NCBI GenBank assembly: GCA_041695325.1
Contig: JBGFRC010000019.1
Coordinates: forward strand, 871-64,870
Reading direction: 5' to 3'
DNA from: Pseudomonadota bacterium
GTDB taxonomy: Bacteria; Pseudomonadota; Gammaproteobacteria; SURF-13
DNA: 64,000 bases
The position numbers and the translations under genes were made by a program. Below the pieces are notes generated by a model. It worked only from the letters and a program-made list of their open reading frames with translations, had not been told where the DNA came from and made no database searches. How positions within the stretch are numbered: the stretch's first letter is position 1; each line of letters opens with the position of its first letter. Shown here piece after piece: positions 12,842 through 22,612 of this stretch.

Positions 12842-13795
12842 ATGTTGGGTTTCAAAAAAATCACCACCTCCGATAACCCCGGCAACCTGACCGCACTGGC
12901 CCGCCTCAGGCAGGGGCTGGCGCGCGCCGGTCTGGGCGCGGCCTTCGCCGGGCTGTTTCGCGCTTCCAGGGTGGACGAGACGCTGCTGGAGGAAATCGAA
13001 ACCCTGCTCCTCAGCGCGGACGCGGGTGTAGAGGCGACGCAAACGGTGCTGCGCAATTTGCGCGCGCGCTTAGGCAGGCGCGAATTGCCGGACGGCGCGG
13101 CGCTGGACGCGGCAACGCGCGCCGAACTGCTGGCCATTGTTGCGCCCTGCGCGCAGCCGTTGCGCATCCCCGCGCACATCAGGCCGTTCGTGATTCTGGT
13201 GGTGGGCGTCAACGGCGCGGGCAAAACCACCACCATCGGCAAGCTGGCAAAACAGTTGCAGCGCGCCGGCCACAGCGTGCTGCTGGCCGCGGGCGACACC
13301 TTCCGCGCCGCCGCGGTGGAGCAACTGCAAGCCTGGGGCGCGCGCAACAACGCGCCCGTGATCGCGCAGCCGCAGGGCGCGGACCCCGCCTCGGTGATCT
13401 ACGACGCGCTGCAAGCGGCCAAGGCGCGCGGGGCGGACGTGCTGATCGCGGACACCTCCGGACGCCTACATACGCAAGGCAAGCTGATGGAGGAATTGAA
13501 GAAGATCAAGCGCGTAGTCAGCAAGCTTGACCCCGCCGCGCCGCATGAAATCATGCTGATCGTGGACGGCACACAGGGACAAAACGCGCTGGCGCAAGCC
13601 GCGCAATTCCATCAGGCCCTGGGCCTGACCGGCATCACCGTCACCAAGCTCGACGGCACGGCCAAGGGCGGCATGGTGTTCGCCATCGCAGCAAAGCTCG
13701 GCGTGCCGCTGCGCTACATCGGCATCGGTGAAGGCGTGGACGATTTGCGCGAGTTCGACGCGGCGCAGTTCGTGGAGGCGTTGTTTGGCAAATAA
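12842..13795 (+). CDS. ftsY: Signal recognition particle receptor FtsY (short form, no long acidic A domain)
   Basis: VILVVGVNGAGKTTTIGKLA, LLAAGDTFRAAAVEQL, DTSGRLH, VTKLDGTAKGG. Confidence 0.95.
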   Translation: MLGFKKITTSDNPGNLTALARLRQGLARAGLGAAFAGLFRASRVDETLLEEIETLLLSADAGVEATQTVLRNLRARLGRRELPDGAALDAATRAELLAIVAPCAQPLRIPAHIRPFVILVVGVNGAGKTTTIGKLAKQLQRAGHSVLLAAGDTFRAAAVEQLQAWGARNNAPVIAQPQGADPASVIYDALQAAKARGADVLIADTSGRLHTQGKLMEELKKIKRVVSKLDPAAPHEIMLIVDGTQGQNALAQAAQFHQALGLTGITVTKLDGTAKGGMVFAIAAKLGVPLRYIGIGEGVDDLREFDAAQFVEALFGK

Positions 13796-13798
13796 AAC

Positions 13799-14473
13799 AT
13801 GATTCACTTTGACCACGTCGGCAAACGCTATCCAGGCGGATTCGAGGCGTTAAACGATCTCTCGTTTGAAATCGCGCGGGGCGAGATGGCGTTTCTCACC
13901 GGCCATTCCGGCGCGGGCAAGAGCACGGTATTAAAGCTCATCGCATTGATCGAGCGCGCCAGCGCCGGCCAGGTAATCGTCAACGGCCAGAATCTCGCCG
14001 CGCTGGGCGAGCGGCGCATCCCCCATCTGCGCCGCTCCATCGGCATAGTGTTTCAGAATCACCGCCTGCTTCATGACCGCACGGTGTTCGACAACGTCGC
14101 GCTGCCGCTCGTCATCAGCGGATACGGCCACAGCGAGGTAGGCCGACGCGTGCGCGCCGCGCTGGACAAGGTGGGACTGCTCAATAAAGAACGCGCCTAT
14201 CCCATCACGCTCTCCAGCGGCGAACAGCAGCGCGTCGGCATCGCGCGCGCCGTAGTGCATAAGCCGCCTATCCTGCTTGCCGATGAGCCGACCGGTAACC
14301 TCGATCCCGACCTGTCACGCGAGGTGATGGAGCTGTTCCGGCAGTTCAATCAATTTGGCGTGACGGTGCTGATCGCCAGTCACGATCTCGATCTCATCAC
14401 GCGCCTGCCGCATCGCGTCCTGAGCCTCAAGGCCGGGCGCCTGAGCGGTGAGCGCGCGGCGTTGACGGCATGA
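13799..14473 (+). CDS. ftsE: Cell division ATP-binding protein FtsE
   Basis: Walker [10 protein letters not shown], signature LSSGEQQRV, Walker [13 protein letters not shown]. Positioned between ftsY and ftsX. Confidence 0.95.
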   Translation: MIHFDHVGKRYPGGFEALNDLSFEIARGEMAFLTGHSGAGKSTVLKLIALIERASAGQVIVNGQNLAALGERRIPHLRRSIGIVFQNHRLLHDRTVFDNVALPLVISGYGHSEVGRRVRAALDKVGLLNKERAYPITLSSGEQQRVGIARAVVHKPPILLADEPTGNLDPDLSREVMELFRQFNQFGVTVLIASHDLDLITRLPHRVLSLKAGRLSGERAALTA

Positions 14474-15453
14474 AGCGCCCTTATCCGCCCCCGCGCGACG
14501 AAGTCGCGCACCGCGGCGCGGAGCGGCGCGCGGATGCGAACCGGTTCAGCGCCTGGCTGCGCGACCACCCGCGCGTATTTTTTAATACCCTGGGACAGTT
14601 ATACCGCGCCCCGCTGCACGCCTTGCTCACGGTGGCGGTGATCGGCATCGCGCTCGCCCTGCCGGGCGGACTCTACGCATCGCTGCAAAACGCTCAGCGC
14701 CTGGCTGCTCATTGGCAAGGCACGGCGCAGATTTCGCTGTTTCTTAAATCCTCCGTCAGCGACGATGAGGCTGAAAAACTCGCCGTACAGGTGCGCGGAC
14801 TGGAGAACACTGGGCAGGTGCGCGTCCTGTCGCGCGCGCAAGCCCTGGAGGAATTTCGCGCTCTTTCCGGCCTGGATCAGGCGCTCGCCGCGCTGGGGGA
14901 GAATCCACTGCCCGCGCTGCTGATCGTGACGCCAGCCTCGGAGGAACCGGCGCAAGCCGAGGCGTTGCTGAAAACCCTTGCCGCCCTGCCCGAGGTGGAG
15001 ACGGCCGAGCTCGACCTCGATTGGCTCAAGCACCTGCGCGCGTTGCTGGACTTGTTGCAGCGCGCGGTATGGCTGCTGGGCGCGCTGCTGTCCGGCGCGG
15101 TGCTGCTCATCATGGGCAACACCTTGCGCCTTGCGATTCATAACCGGCGCGAGGAAATTGAGCTCATGCGCCTGATTGGCGCCACCGACGGCTTCATCCG
15201 CCGCCCGTTTTTATACTCCGGCCTCCTGTATGGGCTGCTCGGCGCGCTGTTTGCGTTACTCCTATTGGAGATCACCCTGGGGCTGCTTGCCGCTCCAGCC
15301 AAGACGCTGGCGGAACTTTATAATAGTTCCTTTGAAATCAATGGGTTGGATATGATCTCTGGCCTGAGTCTGCTCCTCCTTGGTACCTTCCTGGGATTGG
15401 CGGGCGCATGGCTGGCGGCGGGACGGCAGCTCAGGCGCATCCAGCCTGAATAA
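14470..15453 (+). CDS. ftsX: Cell division permease FtsX
   Basis: 4-nt overlap with ftsE. Large periplasmic loop plus C-terminal TM bundle (LIGATDGFIRRPFLYSGLLYG). Confidence 0.9.
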   Translation: MKRPYPPPRDEVAHRGAERRADANRFSAWLRDHPRVFFNTLGQLYRAPLHALLTVAVIGIALALPGGLYASLQNAQRLAAHWQGTAQISLFLKSSVSDDEAEKLAVQVRGLENTGQVRVLSRAQALEEFRALSGLDQALAALGENPLPALLIVTPASEEPAQAEALLKTLAALPEVETAELDLDWLKHLRALLDLLQRAVWLLGALLSGAVLLIMGNTLRLAIHNRREEIELMRLIGATDGFIRRPFLYSGLLYGLLGALFALLLLEITLGLLAAPAKTLAELYNSSFEINGLDMISGLSLLLLGTFLGLAGAWLAAGRQLRRIQPE

Positions 15454-15479
15454 GCCCCAAGGGTGAACTTTATAGCCGC

Positions 15480-15508
15480 TTTAGCACTCTTATGGTAAGA
15501 GTGCTAAA
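15480..15508. promoter_or_regulatory. Perfect 13-bp inverted repeat with 3-nt loop between ftsX and rpoH
   Basis: TTTAGCACTCTTA-TGG-TAAGAGTGCTAAA read directly, 27 nt after the ftsX stop and 32 nt before the rpoH ATG. No T-run follows. Confidence 0.6.
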
Positions 15509-15539
15509 CTATGATTTGTGTGGAAAAAGGGGGATAACC

Positions 15540-16382
15540 ATGACTGCATCCTTATCCTTGGCGGTGCCGGCCGGCAGCCTGCATCAATATATTCAGGCCG
15601 CGCACAGCGTGCCCATGCTGAGCGTGGACGAGGAGCGCGCCCTGGCCGTGCAGTTCCGCGAACATCATGATCTCGACGCCGCCATGAAGCTGGTGCTCGC
15701 GCACCTGCGCTTCGTGATTCACGTCGCGCGCGGTTACAGCGGCTACGGCTTGAGCCAGGAAGATTTGATCCAGGAAGGCAATATCGGCCTGATGAAAGCG
15801 GTCAAGCGCTTCGACCCGGCGGTGGGCGTGCGCCTGGTGTCATTCGCGGTGCACTGGATCCGGGCCGAGATACACGAATTCATCCTGCGCAACTGGCGCA
15901 TTGTCAAGATCGCCACCACCAAGGCGCAGCGCAAGCTGTTCTTCAATTTAAGGAGCGCCACCAAGCGCCAGGGCTGGTTCAGCAACGATGAAATCCAGCA
16001 CGTCGCCAGGGATTTGGGCGTGCGCGCCGAAGACGTGCGAGAGATGGAGGCGCGCCTGAACGGCCACGACTACGCCTTCGACGCGCATGACGATGACGAC
16101 GAAGACGGCGCGTTCGCGCCGGCGGCCTACCTGCCCGACCTGCGCTACGACCCGGCGACCGCGCTGGAGCAAAGCGACGCGGAACAAGACAACGTCACGC
16201 GCCTGCAACAGGGTCTCGCCAAACTCGACGCGCGCAGCCGCGACATCATGCAGCGCCGCTGGTTGAACGAAGGCAAGGCCACGCTGCAAGAGCTGGCCGA
16301 TCACTACCACATCTCGGTGGAGCGTGTGCGCCAATTGGAAAGCGCGGCGCTGAAAAAGCTCAAGTCCTCGTTAGCCGCTTAA
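15540..16382 (+). CDS. rpoH: RNA polymerase sigma-32 heat-shock factor
   Basis: LSVDEERALAVQFRE..., GNIGLMKAVKRFDP, RpoH box QRKLFFNLR. ATG 15540 preceded by AAGGGGG. Confidence 0.95.
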   Translation: MTASLSLAVPAGSLHQYIQAAHSVPMLSVDEERALAVQFREHHDLDAAMKLVLAHLRFVIHVARGYSGYGLSQEDLIQEGNIGLMKAVKRFDPAVGVRLVSFAVHWIRAEIHEFILRNWRIVKIATTKAQRKLFFNLRSATKRQGWFSNDEIQHVARDLGVRAEDVREMEARLNGHDYAFDAHDDDDEDGAFAPAAYLPDLRYDPATALEQSDAEQDNVTRLQQGLAKLDARSRDIMQRRWLNEGKATLQELADHYHISVERVRQLESAALKKLKSSLAA

Positions 16383-17072
16383 GGTCCCCAAGGCGGCAAG
16401 GATGTTTTTCACCTCCAGCCCGGCGGCGATTTGGTTTACATCACGCTGAGGTAGATACGGCACCCTGCCCAGCAGCGGCGCGGCGATGCGCTCGCGCAAC
16501 GCCTCCACGTTGCGCTCCAATTCGGAAAAGTGCGGCTGGATGGCGTTCGCCACCCAGCCCGCGAGTTTGACGCCGCGTTGCGCGATACCCTCCGCGCTGA
16601 GCAGCGCGTGATTCAGACACCCCAGCCGCATCCCCACCACCAGAATCACAGGCAGGCCCAGGCATCTTGCCAGGTCCGCGACTGTATCACGCTCATTGAG
16701 CGGCACCAGCCAGCCGCCCGCCCCCTCCGCGATCACTACATGAGCGCGCGCGGCAAGCGCGTCGAACCACGCCTTGACGCGCGGCAGTTCAATGCGTATC
16801 CCCGCGTCCCGCGCGGCGAGGTGCGGCGCGATGGGCGCGGCGAAAAAATACGGATTCACCTCGTCATAACTTGCGCGCAGCGTCGCCTGCTCACCCAGCA
16901 GCAACGCGTCTTGGTTGCGCAAGCCTTGCGCCGTTTCAACAGCGCCGCAGGCCGCCGGCTTGAATGCCGCCGTCTGATAACCCGCGTCGGCCAGGATTTT
17001 CAGCAAACCCAGCGTTACCCAGGTCTTGCCGACATCGGTGTCAGTGCCGGTGATAAAAAAACCGCGTATCAT
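16371..17072 (-). CDS. bioD: Dethiobiotin synthetase
   Basis: FFITGTDTDVGKTWVT P-loop, EGAGGW. Last gene of the bioBFHCD order. Confidence 0.92.
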   Translation of the reverse strand: MIRGFFITGTDTDVGKTWVTLGLLKILADAGYQTAAFKPAACGAVETAQGLRNQDALLLGEQATLRASYDEVNPYFFAAPIAPHLAARDAGIRIELPRVKAWFDALAARAHVVIAEGAGGWLVPLNERDTVADLARCLGLPVILVVGMRLGCLNHALLSAEGIAQRGVKLAGWVANAIQPHFSELERNVEALRERIAAPLLGRVPYLPQRDVNQIAAGLEVKNILAALGTLSG

Positions 17073-17974
17073 GGCGTTTTGCGTCCGCGCAAACTCGACA
17101 GCGGAATCTTGACCGCGCCATCGTACGCCTTCTGCGGCTCAAGCTCCGGCGCCCAGGCATGACCATACACCACTTCATAGCTTGCCGGCAGCACACTGTT
17201 GCGGCGCCATCTTTCGTAGGCCGCGCGCATGGCGCGCATGCGCGTCTTGCCGGTGAGGCCGCGCGCGCGCCCAGCGCTGACATTGTGCGCGCCGAGCGCC
17301 TTTAGATCGCGCATCAATTTATCCACGTCAGGATAGGTGATGGTGAAATGCTCTGCATCCATCACCGGGCTGGCAAAGCGCGCGCGCAGCAGGGCGTCGC
17401 CGAGGTCGTGCATGTCCAGGAAGGCGTGCACGTGCACGAATCCATCCGCGCGCGCAAACGCCTCTCGCAGCTCCTTCAAGGTGTCGGGCCCGAAGCTGGA
17501 AAACATCAGCAGGCCGCCGGGTGCGAGCACGCGCCGCATTTCACTCAACGCGCGCTCCGGCTCGCCGCACCATTGCAGCGTCAGATTGGAAAACACCAGG
17601 TCCACGCTGCCCGGCGCGAACGGCAACGCCTCCGCGTCAGCGCAGACCAGCGCCGTGCGCCGCGCAAACCCTTCCGCCAGCAACGGAGCGGCGCGGCGCG
17701 CCTCGTTCAGCATCCCCAGGGAGATATCCAGCGCGTAAACCTCCGCCTGCGGATAACGTTGGGCGAGCAGGCGCGTGCTTCCACCCGTGGCCGAACCGAT
17801 GTCGAGCACGCGCCGCGGATTGAGCTTCACCAGGTCGAGACGCTGCGCCATGCGCAGCGCCACTTCTTTTTGCAGCGGCGCGTGGTCGTCGTACGTGCGC
17901 GCGGCGCGGTCGAAGGCGCGGCGCATGAGCACCTTGTTGATGCGGTAGCTTTGGTCCAGCGGGCCATCATTCAT
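17069..17974 (-). CDS. bioC: Malonyl-ACP O-methyltransferase
   Basis: SAM-methyltransferase motif VLDIGSATGGSTRLLA. Position between bioH and bioD. Confidence 0.88.
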   Translation of the reverse strand: MNDGPLDQSYRINKVLMRRAFDRAARTYDDHAPLQKEVALRMAQRLDLVKLNPRRVLDIGSATGGSTRLLAQRYPQAEVYALDISLGMLNEARRAAPLLAEGFARRTALVCADAEALPFAPGSVDLVFSNLTLQWCGEPERALSEMRRVLAPGGLLMFSSFGPDTLKELREAFARADGFVHVHAFLDMHDLGDALLRARFASPVMDAEHFTITYPDVDKLMRDLKALGAHNVSAGRARGLTGKTRMRAMRAAYERWRRNSVLPASYEVVYGHAWAPELEPQKAYDGAVKIPLSSLRGRKTP

Positions 17975-18734
17975 GGAGGAAGCCGCGCAGAGCGCGCCGA
18001 AATTCGAGCGGATGGGACAGAAACGGCGCGTGCGCCGCGCCGGGGATAAGCCGCAGCTCGGCCCGTGTTAAATTCGCCGCCAGATAATCCTGCGCAGATA
18101 CCGGGATCAGGGTGTCACGTGCGCCGGCGATGAGCAGACAGGGCATCGGCGCGGCGACAAGGCACGGACGCAGGTCGGCGTGGCGCAAAACCTCGAGCCC
18201 TCCCTGCAATGCGGCGCGGTGCGGCGCGCCGTAACGGAACACCACTTCACGCAACTGGCGCAACAGGGCGGAGGCCTGCTCAACTCCGCGCAATTGCAAA
18301 GCGAGAAAGCGTTGTATGGTTTTGCGGTAGTCGGCGCGCAATTGCTCCGAAAATTGATCGAGCAGCTCCGGCTCCATGCCGTGCGGCCAATCGGGAGCGC
18401 TGACGAATTTCGGGGTGCTCGCCACCAGCGCCAGCTTCTTCACCCGCTGTGGATAATACGCCGCGATGTGCAGCGCCACCATGCCGCCCAGCGACCATCC
18501 GATCCAGAACGCGCGCGGCGGCGCGTGTTGCACTACCCACTCCGCCAACTGTTCCAGCTTATAGGGCTCCGGGAAGGTGCGGCTGCGGCCATGCCCCGGC
18601 AAATCCAGCGTGGTAACGCAATAATCCCGCACCAGCGCGCGCGCCAGCTCTTGCCACACGGCGCCGTTCAAGCCCCAGCCGTGCAGCAGCACGAGGTCCG
18701 CGCCGCGGCCGCTGGTTTCGCAATACAGCGTCAT
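17967..18734 (-). CDS. bioH: Pimeloyl-ACP methyl ester esterase
   Basis: Alpha/beta hydrolase with [14 protein letters not shown] and GWSLGG nucleophile elbow, inside the bio operon. Confidence 0.88.
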   Translation of the reverse strand: MTLYCETSGRGADLVLLHGWGLNGAVWQELARALVRDYCVTTLDLPGHGRSRTFPEPYKLEQLAEWVVQHAPPRAFWIGWSLGGMVALHIAAYYPQRVKKLALVASTPKFVSAPDWPHGMEPELLDQFSEQLRADYRKTIQRFLALQLRGVEQASALLRQLREVVFRYGAPHRAALQGGLEVLRHADLRPCLVAAPMPCLLIAGARDTLIPVSAQDYLAANLTRAELRLIPGAAHAPFLSHPLEFRRALRGFLHE

Positions 18735-19906
18735 CGCACGGCGGGCGCCAGCTCGGCCAGCGCCTCCAGCAGCCTATCCACGTGTGGTTCGTCATGCGCG
18801 ACGGAAAAGGTGATGCGCAAACGCGCCTGCCCCTTGGGCACGGTGGGCGGACGGATGGCGCCGGTCAAAATACCGCGCGCGTAGAGTTGTTCGGCCAGTC
18901 GCAGGGTGGTTTCATTATCGCCCATCAGCAGCGGCTGAATCGGCGTTTCAGAGCGTGACACGTTAAGTCCCATCCGCGCCGCGCCGCTGCGGAAGCGCCG
19001 CACCAGGGAAAACAGTTTTTCGCGCCGCCAGTGTTCTGTTTGCGCCAGGCGCAAACTCACCCGCGTCGCCTCGGCGATTGCGGACGGCAAGGCGGTGGTG
19101 TAGATATAGCTGCGCGCCTGCTGAATCAGCGTTTCAATCAACTCCTCGCTGCCAGCGACAAACGCGCCGAAGGTTCCCAAGGCCTTGCCCAGCGTGCCGA
19201 CGAGTATCGGCACATCGTCAACGGCTGATCCGAAATGTTCTTGTGTGCCGCCGCCGGTTTTCCCCAGCACCCCGAAGGCGTGCGCATCATCCAGCATAAG
19301 CCAGGCGTCGTGTTGCCTTGCGATGCGTGACAACTCCGGCACGGGCGCGATGTCGCCGTCCATGCTGAACACCCCATCGCTCGCGATGACGATACGCCGG
19401 CCCGTTCTCGCAACAAGCTTCTTTTCCAAATCCCGCGTATCGGCATGGGCGTAGCGCAGCAAACGCGCTCCGGACAACAGCCCGGCGTCCAGAAGCGAGG
19501 CGTGATTCAAGCGGTCTTCCAGCACCACGTCGCCACGCCCGGCGAGCGCGCCGACGACGCCGAGGTTGGCCATGTAGCCGGTGGAAAACAGCAGCGCGCG
19601 CGGTCGCCGGGTAAACGCGGCCAGCTCCTCTTCCAGCGCATGATGCGCGCTGCCGTAGCCGGAGATCAAATGTGACGCGCCGCTGCCCACGCCGTAACGC
19701 GCCGCGCCGAGCAAGAGCGCCTTCACCACTTCAGGATGATTGGCAAGCCCCAAATAGTCATTGCCGCAAAACGAGAGACAACGCTTGCCGTCAATGACGA
19801 CCTCCGCGCCGGGCGCGCTTTGCACGATACGGCGCGAGCGATAAAGGTGTTGTTCGCGGCGCGCGGCAAGCGCGGCGGAAAGCTGCTCAACCAGCCGCCG
19901 CGCCAT
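18731..19906 (-). CDS. bioF: 8-amino-7-oxononanoate synthase
   Basis: PLP enzyme: [34 protein letters not shown] 19906 chosen, 2 nt after the bioB stop (track ORF extends to 20026). Confidence 0.92.
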   Translation of the reverse strand: MARRLVEQLSAALAARREQHLYRSRRIVQSAPGAEVVIDGKRCLSFCGNDYLGLANHPEVVKALLLGAARYGVGSGASHLISGYGSAHHALEEELAAFTRRPRALLFSTGYMANLGVVGALAGRGDVVLEDRLNHASLLDAGLLSGARLLRYAHADTRDLEKKLVARTGRRIVIASDGVFSMDGDIAPVPELSRIARQHDAWLMLDDAHAFGVLGKTGGGTQEHFGSAVDDVPILVGTLGKALGTFGAFVAGSEELIETLIQQARSYIYTTALPSAIAEATRVSLRLAQTEHWRREKLFSLVRRFRSGAARMGLNVSRSETPIQPLLMGDNETTLRLAEQLYARGILTGAIRPPTVPKGQARLRITFSVAHDEPHVDRLLEALAELAPAVR

Positions 19907-19908
19907 TT

Positions 19909-20886
19909 TTAAACCGGACGCAGGCCTAGCTTGCCCAGCAATGCCTGGTCCTGGTGCGCACGCGGATTGCCGGTGGTGAGCAATTTGTCGCCGTAGAAGA
20001 TCGAATTTGCGCCTGCGAGAAAGCACAGCGCCTGCACCGCCTCGGGCATCTGCTCGCGCCCGGCGGAAAGCCGGATGCGGCTTTTAGGCATCAGAATGCG
20101 CGCCGCCGCGATGGTGCGCACAAACTCAAAAGGGTCGAGCGCCTCGGCGCCGTAGAGCGGCGTGCCCTCCACCTGCACCAGGTTATTAATCGGCACGCTC
20201 TCCGGCGGCGGGTCGAGATTGGCCAGTTGCGCGATCAGCCCGGCGCGCGCGCGCCGCGTCTCGCCCATGCCGACGATGCCGCCGCAGCACACCTTGATGC
20301 CCGCCGCGCGCACCCGCTCCAGGGTGTCGAGGCGGTCCTGGTAATCGCGCGTGGAAATAATCTTGCCGTAAAATTCCGGCGCGGTGTCAAGATTGTGGTT
20401 GTAGTAATCCAGGCCCGCTTGTTTCAACTGTTCGGCCTGGCCCTCGCGCAACATGCCGAGCGTGGCGCAGGTCTCCAGCCCCAGCGCGCGCACCGCCTGG
20501 ATCATCTCCAGCACCGGCTGCAAATCCTGCTGCTTCGGTCCGCGCCACGCCGCGCCCATGCAGAAGCGCGTCGCGCCGCTCTCCCTGGCCGCGCGCGCCG
20601 CCGCCAGCACCTGCCCCAGCGCGAGCAGCGGCTGATTTTGCACGCCGGTGTGATAACGCGCCGCCTGCGGGCAATAACCGCAGTCTTCCGGACAGCCGCC
20701 GGTCTTGATGGAGAGCAGCGTGGAGAGTTGCACCTCGTTGGCGTCGAAGTGCTCGCGGTGTACGGTTTGCGCGCGGAACAGCAGATCATTAAACGGCAGA
20801 TCAAACAGCGCTTCCACCTCGGCGAGCCTGACAGGGCTGGCGCGCGCACGCGCTGGCGTACCCACCTCCGCTAACTGTGCATCCAT
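19909..20886 (-). CDS. bioB: Biotin synthase (radical SAM)
   Basis: [14 protein letters not shown] radical-SAM cluster motif. ATG 20886 preceded by AAGGAGGGG (track ORF starts at 20931). Confidence 0.95.
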   Translation of the reverse strand: MDAQLAEVGTPARARASPVRLAEVEALFDLPFNDLLFRAQTVHREHFDANEVQLSTLLSIKTGGCPEDCGYCPQAARYHTGVQNQPLLALGQVLAAARAARESGATRFCMGAAWRGPKQQDLQPVLEMIQAVRALGLETCATLGMLREGQAEQLKQAGLDYYNHNLDTAPEFYGKIISTRDYQDRLDTLERVRAAGIKVCCGGIVGMGETRRARAGLIAQLANLDPPPESVPINNLVQVEGTPLYGAEALDPFEFVRTIAAARILMPKSRIRLSAGREQMPEAVQALCFLAGANSIFYGDKLLTTGNPRAHQDQALLGKLGLRPV

Positions 20887-21078
20887 GATCCCCTCCTTAT
20901 GGCCCTTGTGATAGCAGTCGCGGCCGTCCATGGCGGGACTTCATCTACTTACCTTACGCACCGGCCCAGCCATCCCTGGCTGGGCGCTCGCTGCTTCGCA
21001 ACTCGCCCATGATCCTTAACCCTCAACCAGGTTACAATCACGCCATGATAACGGCTGCCTACAGGCTGTCAACCTGAC

Positions 21079-21804
21079 ATGGGACCAAATGTAAACGGTC
21101 GTATAAAAAGTATGCAATCCTGGCTGATGCCACGTTACTGTGCGATGTGCGGAGCGGGCGGCGGGAGCGAGTTGTGCGCCGGCTGCGAGCGGGAGTTGCC
21201 CGTCAATACGTCGTGTTGCGTGCGTTGTGCCGTGCCCTTGCCGGAGACAAAAGGCGAACTGTTGTGCGGGCCATGCACCCGGCAGCCGCCTGCGTACGAC
21301 CGCGCGCTAAGCCCGCTGCGCTATGCCTATCCGGCCGACAAACTGATCCAAAAGCTCAAGTTCAACGCGCAATTGCACCTCGCGCGCCTGCTGGGCGAGC
21401 GGCTGGCGGAACACGTGGCGCGGCATGTTGCGCAACCGCCGCAGGCGATCATCCCCGTACCGCTGCACCGCTCACGGCTGCGCGAGCGCGGATTCAACCA
21501 GGCGCTGGAGCTGGCGCGGCCCATCGCGCGCCGCTTGAACATTCCGCTGGATTATCACAGCTCTGCGCGCGTGCGCGCCACTGCCGCGCAATCCCTGCTC
21601 CCCGCCGCACAGCGGCGGCGCAACATCCAGGGCGCGTTTCAAATCACCCGGCCGCTTGCCGCGCGCCATGTGGCCATCGTGGACGACGTGATGACCACCG
21701 GCCACACCGTGGAGGAATTCGCCGCCACCCTGCGCAAGGCAGGTGTGGAGAAAATCGAGGTATGGGTGCTGGCCCGCGCCGCGCAAGCAGCTACGGCATC
21801 ATGA
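21079..21804 (+). CDS. comF: ComF family protein (phosphoribosyltransferase-like)
   Basis: N-terminal Cys clusters CAMCG...CAGC...CVRCAVP...CGPC and PRTase motif VAIVDDVMTTGHT. Start uncertain (21079 or 21111). Confidence 0.85.
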   Translation: MGPNVNGRIKSMQSWLMPRYCAMCGAGGGSELCAGCERELPVNTSCCVRCAVPLPETKGELLCGPCTRQPPAYDRALSPLRYAYPADKLIQKLKFNAQLHLARLLGERLAEHVARHVAQPPQAIIPVPLHRSRLRERGFNQALELARPIARRLNIPLDYHSSARVRATAAQSLLPAAQRRRNIQGAFQITRPLAARHVAIVDDVMTTGHTVEEFAATLRKAGVEKIEVWVLARAAQAATAS

Positions 21805-22531
21805 CGTTGGGCTGCTCGGCGAACACGTCCCGGTAGGCGGCATAACCCGCGGCAAACAACACCGGCAGCAACACCAGCCAGCCCAGCATGAACGGGATGG
21901 AGGCCGCGACGGCGAGCACGAGGTAAATCAGGCCGAACACGATAAACGGCGCCCAGTTTTCCGCCACGGCAAAGAAGCTTTCCTTGAGCGAGGAAACCGG
22001 CTCGCGCCTGGAAAAGCACACCAGCGGCACGGCGAAGGTGTAGGCCATGAACAGCGGCAGCATCAGGATCAGCGCCAGCATCAAGGCCGTCAAACCCGCC
22101 TGCAGCATATTCGCCATCGCCTCCGGGTCGGGCTCGCCGCCCGGCATCATGCCGCCCATCAACTGCGTACCCATCATGCCGCCGCCCACCACCAGGGCGA
22201 TCACAACGCTGATCACGATTCCCGCGCCGACAAATATGAGCGCGAGAATGAGCAGCGGCCTGAACAGCTCGCCAAAGCCGGAAAACAGCAGATTGAAATT
22301 GACCGGCTCGTTTTTATGCAGCCGGTCCAGCGCGACGTACAGTCCTGCGGACAACATGACCCCGGCAATCATGCTGATCAGAGCGCCCAGCAACGGGATG
22401 AAATTCAGCAGCAGCATGATGAGCACCAGTGCCGCCGTCATGGCGATCAACAAGCCGGGGCGTTTCATGAACAAGCGCCAGCCCTCCGCAAACCAGGCCG
22501 CGCCGCGCTCGATGGAAACGGTTCGATGCAT
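21791..22531 (-). CDS. Polytopic inner-membrane protein of unknown function (possibly BPSS1780/DUF2189-like)
   Basis: 246 aa with about 6 hydrophobic segments and a Gly/Met-rich loop (GGGMMGTQLMGGMMPGGEPD). The family name is only a recollection. Confidence 0.6.
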   Translation of the reverse strand: MHRTVSIERGAAWFAEGWRLFMKRPGLLIAMTAALVLIMLLLNFIPLLGALISMIAGVMLSAGLYVALDRLHKNEPVNFNLLFSGFGELFRPLLILALIFVGAGIVISVVIALVVGGGMMGTQLMGGMMPGGEPDPEAMANMLQAGLTALMLALILMLPLFMAYTFAVPLVCFSRREPVSSLKESFFAVAENWAPFIVFGLIYLVLAVAASIPFMLGWLVLLPVLFAAGYAAYRDVFAEQPNVMMP

Positions 22532-22612
22532 GTCCCTACCCTCCCTTTGGATAGTTTATGTCAAATGGGGTCAGACTGAGCCTCTCTGACCTGAAAATTT
22601 GGGGTCGCCCCT

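Noticed and set aside
11493-12890. 465-aa plus-strand ORF
   Set aside because: Antisense to the catalytic M16 peptidase and running into the ftsY promoter region. No recognisable domain.
15492-15539. rpoH start at ATG 15492 as in the ORF track
   Set aside because: That ATG lies in the loop-proximal part of the perfect palindrome and adds 16 non-conserved residues. ATG 15540 has a strong SD and gives a normal RpoH N-terminus.
20887-21078. BirA operator (bioO) in the bioB-comF divergent region
   Set aside because: Only a weak partial palindrome (GGTTACAATCA...TGATAAC) was found, with no convincing 40-bp TTGTAAACC-type inverted repeat.
21743-22579. 278-aa His/Gln/Arg-rich plus-strand ORF
   Set aside because: Antisense to a membrane protein whose hydrophobic periodicity is convincing. 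The His/Gln richness mirrors Leu/Met/Val codons on the other strand.
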